Below are positions 25,912-36,289 of a DNA stretch of 64,000 bases, one piece after another; the first letter of the stretch is position 1; each line of letters opens with the position of its first letter. Under the pieces are notes generated by a model. It did not search any database, was not told where the DNA came from, and was given only the letters and a program-made list of their open reading frames with translations. Position numbers and translations under genes: made by a program. Source of the stretch: Thermoanaerobaculia bacterium (lineage in GTDB: Bacteria > Acidobacteriota > Thermoanaerobaculia > UBA5066). The stretch is from positions 15,080-79,079 of the forward strand of contig JBBQRP010000017.1 in assembly GCA_038214715.1 (NCBI GenBank), given 5' to 3'.

Positions 25912-26817
25912 TTACGTGAGCGGGGGCCGGCGCGCCCGGCCGAGCGTCGCGAAGAATCGCAGCGTCTCGCCGACGTCGTGGACGCGGACGAGGACGGCGC
26001 GCGCGCGCGCGGCCTCGGCGCAGATCGAGGCCGCCGCGAGCGACTCCGGCAGGCGGTCCGAAACGGGCGCCCCCGCGACCGTCCCGAGAAAGGCCTTCCG
26101 CGACGCGCCGACGACGAAGGGCACGCCCGGCGGCGCGAGGCAGTCGAGAGCGCCGAGGAGGGCGAAGTTCTGCTCGGGTGTCTTGCCGAATCCGAGGCCG
26201 GGATCGAGGAAGATTTTCTGCTCGGAGACTCCGGAAGAGATCGCGCGGGCGCGGGCCGTCTCCAAGTCCATGGCCACCTCTCGTGTCACGTTCTGGAAAG
26301 AGGATTCTCTGAAGGTGGAAGAGGGAGTTCCGCGGCAGTGGTTGAGAACGATCGCGGCGCCGCGGCTCGCGGCGAGATTGAGGAGATCCACCGAGGCGTC
26401 GAGGCCGGTGACGAGGTTGATCATGTCCGCTCCCGCGTCGAGGGCCGCCCGCGCCACCTCGACCCGCCGCGTGTCGATCGAAAGAGGAAGAGACGGGAGA
26501 TTTCTTCGAAGGTAAGAGAGGACGGGAAGGACTCGGTCGATCTCTTCGCTCGAAGAAACCCCTCCTGCGCCCTCTCCGTAGGCGCTGCCTCTGGGGCGCG
26601 TGCTCTCGCCTCCGATGTCCAGGACGGCTGCGCCCATCTCGGCAAACCGCACGCCCTCTTCTCCCGCGGCCTCCGCGCTTGCGAAGCGTCCGCCGTCGCT
26701 GAAGGAGTCGGGCGTGACGTTCAGGATCGCCATGACGCCCGGACGCGGTCCGATCGCAATTGATCGCCCGCCGGGGAGCGCGAGTGTCAGGCGGGCAGGC
26801 AGGCGCCCGTCAGGCAC
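25912..26817 (-). CDS. folP: dihydropteroate synthase
   Basis: MAILNVTPDSFSDGG, GGESTRP, SIDT, DPGLGFGK and RVHDV motifs. The start at 26817 overlaps the vapC 3' end by 8 nt. Confidence 0.95.
   Translation of the reverse strand: MPDGRLPARLTLALPGGRSIAIGPRPGVMAILNVTPDSFSDGGRFASAEAAGEEGVRFAEMGAAVLDIGGESTRPRGSAYGEGAGGVSSSEEIDRVLPVLSYLRRNLPSLPLSIDTRRVEVARAALDAGADMINLVTGLDASVDLLNLAASRGAAIVLNHCRGTPSSTFRESSFQNVTREVAMDLETARARAISSGVSEQKIFLDPGLGFGKTPEQNFALLGALDCLAPPGVPFVVGASRKAFLGTVAGAPVSDRLPESLAAASICAEAARARAVLVRVHDVGETLRFFATLGRARRPPLT
26299..26325 (+). repeat. motif copy E: AGAGGATTCTCTGAAGGTGGAAGAGGG
   Basis: Inside folP, antisense. Both flanks match and the core is 1 nt short. Confidence 0.6.
26495..26521 (+). 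repeat. motif copy D: GGGAGATTTCTTCGAAGGTAAGAGAGG
   Basis: Inside folP, antisense. Shares the exact 14-mer TTTCTTCGAAGGTA with copy Z. Confidence 0.75.
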
Positions 26818-27202
26818 GGGCGATGTCCACGGGAAGGACCGTCGCGATGCGGGCGAAGTCCGCGTCGCGCGTGAGAAGCGTGTGCCGGGTCTCGGCGGCC
26901 GTTAGAGCGATCAGGAGATCGACGAGCGCCGCCTGGTTGCCGCGGCGGGCGAGCGCGAAGCGGGCCTCGGCGATCCGCGACCAGGAATCCGGAGGGTCGG
27001 GCAGGACGTCGACACCCTCGAAGGCTGCCCGCAACCTCTCAAACTCGTTGCGCGTGCGCGCCCCGGAGAGGACCTCCGCGAGGATGGGGCCGCAGACAGC
27101 GACCCGGTCCGCCTCGAGAGCCTCGTCCATGCGGGAGACGACGCGCGGGTTCCCGCAGAAAAACTCCACCCAGACGGACGAGTCGACGAGGAGATCGCTC
27201 AC
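26810..27202 (-). CDS. vapC: type II toxin VapC (PIN-domain ribonuclease)
   Basis: 130 aa. PIN acidic residues in LLVDSSVW, ILAEV, DLLIA and TRDADF. GTG at 27202 overlaps the vapB stop as GTGA. Confidence 0.88.
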   Translation of the reverse strand: MSDLLVDSSVWVEFFCGNPRVVSRMDEALEADRVAVCGPILAEVLSGARTRNEFERLRAAFEGVDVLPDPPDSWSRIAEARFALARRGNQAALVDLLIALTAAETRHTLLTRDADFARIATVLPVDIARA

Positions 27203-27396
27203 GAGGGCCGTTTACGCGCCCGCTTGAGGTCAACCCGGAGGTTTACCCTGCCGGCGAGCTGGCGCAAGTCCTCCCTCCGCGTCTTCTTCAGGAGCTCGTG
27301 GAGGCCGGCCACGACGGTCTCGCGTTTCGTGGCGAGGCGCGCGGCCTTCCGCGCGTCCTCGAGGAGCTGTTCCGGGAGGTCGAGGGTCGTTCGCAT
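27199..27396 (-). CDS. vapB: type II antitoxin VapB (DUF2191-like)
   Basis: 65 aa. MRTTLDLPEQLLEDARKA..., typical of the VapB/Rv0623-like family. Lies immediately upstream of the PIN gene. Confidence 0.8.
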   Translation of the reverse strand: MRTTLDLPEQLLEDARKAARLATKRETVVAGLHELLKKTRREDLRQLAGRVNLRVDLKRARKRPS

Positions 27397-27423
27397 GCAT
27401 GAAGCATATAAAAGTGATGTTTG

Positions 27424-28419
27424 TTATGCAACGGCGATTGGGCCCTCCTGGCGTCCCAGGGTCACGATCACCTTTCCCTTGTGCAGCCCCGCTCCAAAAC
27501 GCCGGAATGCTTCGGGGACCTCACGGAGCGAGTAGGGGCCGTCGATCACGGGCACGAACTTGCCGGATTCAAACAGCTCCTTCAGGTACTCCAGGTCCTT
27601 GTTCGGCTTGAGGATTACGAGACCGACGTACTTCCCGTGCACCCTCGAGAGCCACGGCCGCAACGCCAACGCCTGGAGGAGTCGAGGCATGGACCCTCCG
27701 ACGGTGACATACGTGCCGTTGGGCCTCAGCGCGCGCGCGTACGCGAAGATCGACCGATTCGTCTTGACGTCGAGGATCAGGTCGTAGCTCTGCCCGTTTC
27801 TCGTGAAGTCCTCTCGCGTGTAGTCGACGACGTGGTCGGCGCCCATCGAGCGAAGCATCGCGAGCTTCGCCGGACCATCGACGGCGGTCACCTCGACGTC
27901 GTCACGTTTCGCGATCTGGAGGGCGAACGTCCCGACGCCCCCGCCCGCGCCGTTGATCAGGAGTCTTTGTCCGGGCCGGAGGTGTCCCACATCTCGGAGA
28001 CCCTGCACCGCCAACATCCCCGCTTGTGGAATGGCGGCGGCCTGCTCGAACGTCATCCTCGCCGGCTTCAACGCCAGGGCACTCTCGGGCGCGCAGACAT
28101 ACTCGGCGAAGCTGCCGAAGCCGCACGAGCAAAGATCCCCGAACACCTCGTCCCCGGGCCGAAGCCGCCTGACGTCGGCGCCGACGGCTTCGACCCGCCC
28201 GGCCACGTCGGCTCCGAGGATGCGGACCCTCGGTTTGAAGAGACCGTGGAGGAGCCTGGTGACGAGCGAGTCCCCCTGAAGAATTCCCCAGTCCCAGTCG
28301 TTGATCGAGGCCGCGTGAACGCTGATGAGCACTTCATCACTCCTGGGGGCCGGCTTCACGACCTCCTGGAGCTGCAGCTCAGCCGGTGATCCGTAACGCG
28401 AGAGCACGATTGCTTTCAT
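27424..28419 (-). CDS. NAD(P)-dependent quinone oxidoreductase / alcohol dehydrogenase (MDR superfamily)
   Basis: 331 aa. GDEVFG, LINGAGGGVGTFALQIAK nucleotide-binding motif, and C-terminal HKGKVIV. Confidence 0.9.
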   Translation of the reverse strand: MKAIVLSRYGSPAELQLQEVVKPAPRSDEVLISVHAASINDWDWGILQGDSLVTRLLHGLFKPRVRILGADVAGRVEAVGADVRRLRPGDEVFGDLCSCGFGSFAEYVCAPESALALKPARMTFEQAAAIPQAGMLAVQGLRDVGHLRPGQRLLINGAGGGVGTFALQIAKRDDVEVTAVDGPAKLAMLRSMGADHVVDYTREDFTRNGQSYDLILDVKTNRSIFAYARALRPNGTYVTVGGSMPRLLQALALRPWLSRVHGKYVGLVILKPNKDLEYLKELFESGKFVPVIDGPYSLREVPEAFRRFGAGLHKGKVIVTLGRQEGPIAVA

Positions 28420-28431
28420 GAGATCGCGGGC

Positions 28432-29016
28432 TCAGGGAACCATGAGGACGAGCGCGGGGGCGTCCGTCCCGGCAGGAGGCGCGACCTTCTTCCCGGCCCA
28501 GCTGACGTACGCCGCCGTGCGGATCGTGATCCGCTCGTTTCCGAGCCTTTCGGACCCGGGCTGCGCGACCTTGAGGACGGCCCCCGGGCCGTCCGACTCC
28601 GGCAGCACGTGGAAGAGCAGTCCCGCTCCGAATCCCGTGATCGAGCTGATGTCAGAGAGGCTGTCGCCGGCTCCTGGGGGCGGTATTCCCCAGATCTCGA
28701 CGCGCACCGTGCGCCCGACGAGAGGCCGGAGCGCGGTGGCGAGCCGTCCGGCTTTGCCCAGGAAGCTGCCTGCGAGGAAGAACGAGAACATCGCGAGGAG
28801 GACGCCGAAAAAGCGGTATTCGGCGGCCTGCAGCCCGACCCAGATCCCGGCCAGTCCGAGAAGGACGAAGACGCCGCCGCGCCAGTTCAGGGACCAGCTT
28901 CCAGATCGGTAAACGATATCGAACATTCCGCGGATTCGTACCGGTATCAGAGAGCGGGGAAGTTCTTCCTGCGGAAGAGAGAGCTTTTCATATCTCGCGG
29001 CCGAGCGCGATCGCAC
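28432..29016 (-). CDS. hypothetical membrane protein
   Basis: GTG at 29016, with an alternative ATG at M31 (MFDIVYRS). Two TM helices (VFVLLGLAGIWVGL, FFGVLLAMFSFFLAGSF). No family recognised. Confidence 0.5.
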   Translation of the reverse strand: MRSRSAARYEKLSLPQEELPRSLIPVRIRGMFDIVYRSGSWSLNWRGGVFVLLGLAGIWVGLQAAEYRFFGVLLAMFSFFLAGSFLGKAGRLATALRPLVGRTVRVEIWGIPPPGAGDSLSDISSITGFGAGLLFHVLPESDGPGAVLKVAQPGSERLGNERITIRTAAYVSWAGKKVAPPAGTDAPALVLMVP

Positions 29017-29017
29017 A

Positions 29018-29140
29018 TTACAGATCTGCCACGATCCTCCCCCTGACAGGAACAGCCCCGCACTTAAATGACCGTGTCGTCGCTAGGCCGACGAAGACTA
29101 GGAACGCGACCCTGAGGAGAGGGTGAGAGGAAGCGCGCAT
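29018..29140 (-). CDS. possible 40-aa upstream small ORF (MRASSHPLLRVAFLVFVGLATTRSFKCGAVPVRGRIVADL)
   Basis: Not in the track because it is under 60 aa. AGGAGG lies 6 nt upstream of the ATG (29140). Its TAA stop ends 1 nt before the GTG of the next gene. It has a hydrophobic core. Confidence 0.3.
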   Translation of the reverse strand: MRASSHPLLRVAFLVFVGLATTRSFKCGAVPVRGRIVADL

Positions 29141-29179
29141 GGGGTTCCTCCTACTTGAGCCGCAAACGATATCAAGAAG

Positions 29180-29201
29180 AGGGGCCGCGGGTGCGGCCCC
29201 T
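29180..29201 (-). terminator. stem-loop downstream of ftsH (candidate intrinsic terminator)
   Basis: AGGGGCCGC-GGGT-GCGGCCCCT, a 9-bp GC-rich stem with a 4-nt loop, 24 nt after the ftsH stop. On the minus-strand RNA it is followed by CUUCUUGAUAUCGUUUG, which is only moderately U-rich. Confidence 0.55.
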
Positions 29202-29224
29202 TTCGTGTGATCCGGACAGGCGAG

Positions 29225-31150
<1,926 letters not shown>

Positions 31151-31192
31151 CTTGTGCCCTCGACTCTCATACGCCAGTTGGGAGGATGTAGT

Positions 31193-31756
31193 TCATCGTG
31201 CGCGGGCGGGCCGGTCCTGGGCGGACTCGAACGGCGCCTCCCCTTCGGTCCGGACCTGTGCGATGAAGGGAAGGTTCCCGCCCTCGCCCTCGACTTCCAT
31301 TCCATAGCCGACGAGGACGTTTTCCTCGGCCGGAAAGAGCACGTAGTCCGCGCGGAGGGAGCTTTTCCGGTCCTGTGGGTGGTCTACCACACAGGCGAAA
31401 CGGATCGAGCGCGGCTTTTCTTCCCGGAGCTGGTTCTGGAGCCAGGTTTCCACGACCCCGCTCCGGATGACGTCCTTCAGGATGATGAGGTGCGAGTCCG
31501 CGACGTCGAAGGGCGCCAGGAAATGATAGTTCACGACCTTCTCGTGCGCGCCCTCCCGCAGGACGTCGATGTACTCGCAGCGGACCTTGCGGGGGACGGC
31601 CCGGGCGAGGTCCGCGACGAAGAATCCGGCACCCTTCAGGACCGCGATGAGGACGATGTCCCCGTCAGGGTAGTCCTGGCCGATCCTCCGGCCGACGTCC
31701 GCGACGCGCCGGGCGATGTCCTGGGGTCCGTAGAGCTCGTCGGTGACAAGTGCCAC
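31193..31756 (-). CDS. hpt: hypoxanthine phosphoribosyltransferase
   Basis: 187 aa. Purine PRTase-like layout (LIAVLKGAGFFVADLARAV, then a hydrophobic stretch LIILKDVIRSG at the expected PRPP-loop position). Sits at the conserved position between tilS and ftsH. Confidence 0.88.
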   Translation of the reverse strand: MALVTDELYGPQDIARRVADVGRRIGQDYPDGDIVLIAVLKGAGFFVADLARAVPRKVRCEYIDVLREGAHEKVVNYHFLAPFDVADSHLIILKDVIRSGVVETWLQNQLREEKPRSIRFACVVDHPQDRKSSLRADYVLFPAEENVLVGYGMEVEGEGGNLPFIAQVRTEGEAPFESAQDRPARAR

Positions 31757-31799
31757 AGCCGTGGAAGTCTAGCAGGGGGGCCCGCCGTGGACCGGAGGC

Positions 31800-33263
31800 T
31801 CAAGGCCGTGAATATTCGTCGATCACTCGCCCGATCGCCCGCCTGCAGACCGGGCAGAAGCCTCCCGGGTCCCGCGTGAACATGATGCAGTCGGCCGCGG
31901 GCCGGTAGAGCCCCTTCGCCTCGTAGGCGGCCCCCTCGAACGCCCCGACCTTGCCGGACCAGGCCATCGAGGAGAGGAGCTTCGAGTCGAGGCCCATCTG
32001 CCGCCGGAAAAGGTCGTCTAACGCCGAGGGCGGGGCCCCCGAGGCGATGAGCTTGTGCCGCTCCGCCTGGATACCAAGGGTCTGCTTCTCGAAGGACTCC
32101 TTGTCCCAGGGCGTCGGCCGCGGGGTTCCCTTCTCGATGAGGTCCGCCCATTTGGAGGCCGACGGGTCCGCCGTCACGTTCGGCTCCCAGGGCTCGGTCT
32201 TCGCGCCGCCCGTCTCGACCGCTACGTCCGAGCCGTAATACTCGTCGGCGAGGCCCGCGAAGTGGTGCCCGAACTCGTGGACGAAGACGTACTCCCCGAA
32301 CGCCGTGTCCACGGACGCCGTCGCCTGGAAGTTGTAGATGCCCCCGCCCCCGTAGCGCGCGTCGTTGACGAGGATCTCGAGGAAGTCGTACGGCGCGGCC
32401 GACGCCGCCTCGCGGAGGGCGCGGTCGTCGTAGGTCAGCATGTAGCGCTCCGAGCCGAAGATGCCGTACTGAACCGACAGCGGCGTGCGCCGGAAGATCG
32501 ACGAGTCGGGGCGCAGGACGCCGCTCTCGGCATCTGGGAGGTCGAGCGCGCGCACGTTGAAGTCGCCCTTGCGGCTTTTGAAGGGCTCGTACGTGAAGAG
32601 GACATCGACCATGCGCTTCACGTCAGCGTGAAACTTCGGGAGGTCCTTCTCGGCGTAGCCCTCGCCGAGGATCAGGAGGTCGAGCTTCGACGCGGCGGGG
32701 CCGTTTTCGAACACCGTCCAGACCCTGCCGAGCGGCGCGCGCGGCGCGGGGTTCGCCTCGGGGCCTTTCGGGTCGATCACGGCCTGGAAGAGCTCGTGGA
32801 AGACGTTGTCCTTGTCGCGCCTCTGGAGCGTGACCCGGACCTTCTCGCGGGGCCACGGGATGCGCAGCGACTCCGGAAACGTGCGGGAGACGCGCCGGGC
32901 CTCCTCGGTCTGCTCCCACTCGCTGAAGAGAGACGAGTATCCGCGCGAGAAAAGGACCCGGTTCGTTCCGGGCTCGCGCACCTCCACGAAGTGGCTGCCG
33001 AGATTCGTCTCGTCGAGAAGGCGCGTGCGGCTGCCGGGCCACGGCCCGTCGTCGACGGCGCGATCGAGCGCCACGACCTCCCCTTTCGGCCCGCCCGTGT
33101 GGAAGAGATCGACGCGCATAGCCCGCCCGGTGAAGCGGGCGTCGAAGGTGCTGGTCGCGGGAGAAGAAATTTCTGCTGAAGAAAAAGAAGAGAAGAAGAT
33201 TTCTTTGAAAAGGAAGAGGGAGGGGAGGGTCGCCGCGAAAAGGAGAGCTCGGCGCAATTTCAT
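31800..33263 (-). CDS. M64 family (IgA-peptidase-like) zinc metallopeptidase, secreted
   Basis: 487 aa. HEFGHHFAGLADEY motif. N-terminal signal MKLRRALLFAATLPSLFLF. Confidence 0.85.
   Translation of the reverse strand: MKLRRALLFAATLPSLFLFKEIFFSSFSSAEISSPATSTFDARFTGRAMRVDLFHTGGPKGEVVALDRAVDDGPWPGSRTRLLDETNLGSHFVEVREPGTNRVLFSRGYSSLFSEWEQTEEARRVSRTFPESLRIPWPREKVRVTLQRRDKDNVFHELFQAVIDPKGPEANPAPRAPLGRVWTVFENGPAASKLDLLILGEGYAEKDLPKFHADVKRMVDVLFTYEPFKSRKGDFNVRALDLPDAESGVLRPDSSIFRRTPLSVQYGIFGSERYMLTYDDRALREAASAAPYDFLEILVNDARYGGGGIYNFQATASVDTAFGEYVFVHEFGHHFAGLADEYYGSDVAVETGGAKTEPWEPNVTADPSASKWADLIEKGTPRPTPWDKESFEKQTLGIQAERHKLIASGAPPSALDDLFRRQMGLDSKLLSSMAWSGKVGAFEGAAYEAKGLYRPAADCIMFTRDPGGFCPVCRRAIGRVIDEYSRP
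33194..33220 (+). repeat. motif copy B2: AGAAGATTTCTTTGAAAAGGAAGAGGG
   Basis: Inside the M64 peptidase signal-peptide codons, antisense. Shares the exact 16-mer AGAAGATTTCTTTGAA with copy C. Confidence 0.75.
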
Positions 33264-33267
33264 GGCT

Positions 33268-34470
33268 TCATCGTAAACCGGGAACGAACCTCACGCGGCG
33301 AGGGTCGACCTCCACGCGCCCCCCCGCAAATGATTCTCCGAAAGTGCGATCGCCTTTCGCGAGGCGGCTGAGAATCTTCGTCAGCTGGGCCTTCCCGGGC
33401 ACTCGGCCCGCCGAGCCAGCCGCCCTCACCAGCAGGCGCCCCCCTTCCTCGGGCGAAAGCCGCGCGAAGAAGGCACGGGGCCAGATCCCATTCAAAGAAA
33501 TCTTCTCTTCCTCCATTGCTTTCTGAAGTCGCCTATCGAGCGCGTCGAGGCTTTCCCCCCACTTTGCTCCCGCGCGCGCGAGCCGCATGGACCTGCCCGG
33601 GTCCTTCCGCTCCATCTCAGGAAGGACCTTCCTGCGGATGCGGTTCCGCGCGAACCCTTCGTTCTCGTTCGTCTCGTCTTCGCGGTACGAGATGCCTCTT
33701 TCTGCGAGGAATTCGCGGAGCTCGGCGCGTGAGAATGGGAGCAAAGGCCTTACGACTCCGTCGCCGCGCCGCGGCCGGATCCCTCCGCGCTTCCGGCCGA
33801 GTTTCCTTTCGAGGTGCAGGAGGACCGTTTCGGCCTGATCGTCGCGCGTGTGGCCGGTGAGCACGAGCGGGGCCTCGAGATCCTCCGTGAGTGCGAGGAG
33901 AGCCGCGTAACGGAGCCGCCGGGCGGCGGACTCCAGGCTCTCGCCCTTGCGTTTCCAGTCAGGCACGTCGACCGGCAGGAACGCGAACGGGAGCGCGAGG
34001 CGCGCGGCGAGGCGCGCGCAGAAGCGCGCGTCCTCGTCCCCCGCGGCGCCCCTGAGGCCGTGGGCAACATGCGCCGAGACGACGGTCAGGCCGCGCGGCC
34101 GCGCCCACTCGAAGACGAGGATGAGAAGCGCCGTCGAGTCGCCCCCGCCCGAATGCGCGACGAGGAGGGTCTTCGCGCCTGCCAGGAGGCCCGACTCTTC
34201 GACGTGCCGGGCGAAGCGTTCGGGCAGGGAAGGCGTGCTCACGGAAGGAACGTTAGAGCGCTGCTTCGCCCCGTGCTGGCCGGACGCCCTGCGTTGACGT
34301 CCTCCAAGATCGTCCGAGCTAAGAAGTCGCTCGATGGCCCGGTCCATCTGGCGGACCGAAACAGGCCGCCTGCCCTTTTGATGTAGCTCCCCCGCGAGTT
34401 CACGAGGGGAGCCCGGAGGCGGTGGACGCTTGGCTTTCCGCGTCAACGTGGACGTCGTTACCTTCTTCAT
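33268..34470 (-). CDS. tilS: tRNA(Ile)-lysidine synthetase TilS
   Basis: PP-loop LLVAHSGGGDSTAL. About 90 extra N-terminal codons precede it. An alternative GTG at 34242 would give a canonical-length N-terminus. Confidence 0.9.
   Translation of the reverse strand: MKKVTTSTLTRKAKRPPPPGSPRELAGELHQKGRRPVSVRQMDRAIERLLSSDDLGGRQRRASGQHGAKQRSNVPSVSTPSLPERFARHVEESGLLAGAKTLLVAHSGGGDSTALLILVFEWARPRGLTVVSAHVAHGLRGAAGDEDARFCARLAARLALPFAFLPVDVPDWKRKGESLESAARRLRYAALLALTEDLEAPLVLTGHTRDDQAETVLLHLERKLGRKRGGIRPRRGDGVVRPLLPFSRAELREFLAERGISYREDETNENEGFARNRIRRKVLPEMERKDPGRSMRLARAGAKWGESLDALDRRLQKAMEEEKISLNGIWPRAFFARLSPEEGGRLLVRAAGSAGRVPGKAQLTKILSRLAKGDRTFGESFAGGRVEVDPRRVRFVPGLR
33480..33506 (-). repeat. motif copy C: AGAAGATTTCTTTGAATGGGATCTGGC
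   Basis: Inside tilS, in the sense orientation. Convergent with B2 across the tilS/M64 junction. Confidence 0.7.
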
Positions 34471-34677
34471 GCCTTCCTCGCTACGCTACACCTCAGCCTG
34501 CCTCTCGACGGCCACCCGCGCCGCGAGCTTCTCCGCCCTCTCTGCAGCGCGGCAGCATCGCGCGCCGCGGCACCCGCTGAACGGGTCCCGCGGGACTCCG
34601 CTCTCCTCGCCGCGCGATGCCGCGCGCGCCCGCATCCGATCGGAGTTCCTCAACCGGCGCGGTCGCCCAGGAGGACT

Positions 34678-35337
34678 TCAGTTATGAAGGCAGTCTACAG
34701 GACCCCCGTCACAGGGTTGACAAAGGATCGCGCAGGCAGGACAGTAGACGCAGGCATTCCTGGGCCGCCCGCAACACTGGATTATCGGGGTATTACATTC
34801 GGGACACTGACTCGTTGAGCCGCAGCGTCCCTGAAAGTTTTCGCACTCGGTTCCGTTCAACTTCGCGACGAGTTGAAAGTTCTTTGCCGGGCTGGCGCCG
34901 GTAAACGTGAATGGCACTACCAAGCCGTCATTGCGAAAGATCGTCAGTCGCAGAGCGCGAACCCCAGTTGATTCGTAGAAAGCGGCCAGTTTCAGGTCTA
35001 CGCCGTCCAAATCAGCGCCGCCAAGGGTAAGGCTAGCCACGACTTTCCTCGAGTCGAGAGCGGAAGCCGCTAGCCGAGCTCCGCCCGAGGCCGTGATCAG
35101 GACGAGATGATCACCATTGTCCGCATCGACCAGCAACGCTCCCACGCCAGGAAGCGTATTTGTAATGCGAAAGACAACGGAGCCGGCCTTGGGCACGGAA
35201 GCCTCGAGCCCTACCTGCCCCGTTCCGAAACCAGCGATGCTTGCGGGCTCAGGTATCTCCTTAAGCTGAGCCGAGACAGGAGAAGAGGCGAGAGCCAACG
35301 CACCCACCAAGAATGCTAACGGCAAGGAGTTTGGCAT
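34678..35337 (-). CDS. secreted hypothetical protein with cysteine-rich C-terminal tail
   Basis: I trimmed track ORF 34678..35379 to ATG at 35337, which has GAGGA 8 nt upstream. Signal peptide MPNSLPLAFLVGALALASSPVSAQ. 12 Cys in the last ~55 aa. About 55% GC against about 70% in the flanks. Confidence 0.6.
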   Translation of the reverse strand: MPNSLPLAFLVGALALASSPVSAQLKEIPEPASIAGFGTGQVGLEASVPKAGSVVFRITNTLPGVGALLVDADNGDHLVLITASGGARLAASALDSRKVVASLTLGGADLDGVDLKLAAFYESTGVRALRLTIFRNDGLVVPFTFTGASPAKNFQLVAKLNGTECENFQGRCGSTSQCPECNTPIIQCCGRPRNACVYCPACAILCQPCDGGPVDCLHN

Positions 35338-35418
35338 TACAAAATCCTCTGCCAGAGATCTTACGCTCAAAGACCGCACGTGAGCGCTAACCTAGAAGCC
35401 CCGGGCCGGAGAGTGATC

Positions 35419-35664
35419 TCAAGGGATAGCTCCTCCGTTCAGCGTTGCGACGACGGTCCCGTCCGCGCGCAGCATCTCGACCACGAGCGTCGTCCCGCTC
35501 GGTTCTGACGTGACGATCCGGAAGGTCCACGGATCTCCCGGGCCGATTGGGAAGGTCGACGCGTTGACGCCCGCGGCGCCCGGTCGCGTGTACGTCAGGC
35601 GGGCTCCGGGCGGAGCAGCGTGCGTCGTCAGCGTCGTCGTGACAAACCCGTTTCCGATCGAGAC
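35419..35664 (-). pseudogene. start-less C-terminal fragment of a beta-rich (pre-peptidase C-terminal-like?) protein
   Basis: Only the last ~80 codons of track ORF 35419..35919 look protein-like (GNGFVTTTLTTH...GDPWTFRIVTSEPSGTTLVVEMLRADGTVVATL). There is no in-frame start near the beginning of that stretch. It abuts the integrase remnant. Confidence 0.3.
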
Positions 35665-35674
35665 GGACGACGCT

Positions 35675-36232
35675 TGGCGGGCACGCCTCGAGGAGGTCTG
35701 CCGGCTCAAGGTGGCGGACGCTGACTTCGACGCCGGAATCCTTCCGACCGAGAACCGGAAGGTGCGCTCCGGGCCCGAGGAGGTCGAGCATTCCCTCGGG
35801 CCTGAGCTCCGGCGCGTCCTCGAGGCGGCGATCCCTCCGATCGCCCCGGCAACGCTCCCGATCGTCCGGATGGGGGAGCACGAGATAACGTCCGCGGCAC
35901 CCCTCCGGAAGCGCCTCATCGCAGCTTCCGCGCGGGCGAAGATCGCTCCACCGATTACGTCCCTCGCGTGGATCGGGAACTTCGCCCTGACGCGCGCGGT
36001 AGACGCGGGGATACCGATCGAGGTACTTTCCCGGCTCGCGGGACATGCCAGCGTGACGACGACAGAGAAGCACTACGTTTCAACGAAGATGTGGCCACAG
36101 CGGCAACTCGCCGCCAGGACGCTGGCCGCGTTGGGAGCTGACCCACACGCGGTCCCCGAGCGGCCCACACAGAGCACCGAAAAGGCAGCGAATGGCGCAC
36201 TTACGAGCGCCTCAAACGCTGTCGAGAAATAG
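35675..36232 (+). pseudogene. tyrosine recombinase (phage-type integrase) 3' remnant
   Basis: The C-terminal part of track ORF 35510..36232 reads RLEEVCRLKVADADFDAGIL...LGPELRRVLEA...GIPIEVLSRLAGHASVTTTEKHY, i.e. a catalytic-domain layout. The HxLRH box is degenerate (LAWIGNFA) and the N-terminal domain is missing. Confidence 0.65.
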
Positions 36233-36289
36233 GAAGCGCGATCTCGAAATGACTCCTCAGAAAAGACTTAGCGCCTAGATTCTTAACGG

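Noticed and set aside
33268-34470. The ~90 extra N-terminal codons of tilS (34243-34470) as a separate small gene or non-coding leader.
   Set aside because: The frame is continuous with tilS and there is no internal stop. The composition is ambiguous. I kept one CDS and flagged the alternative GTG at 34242.
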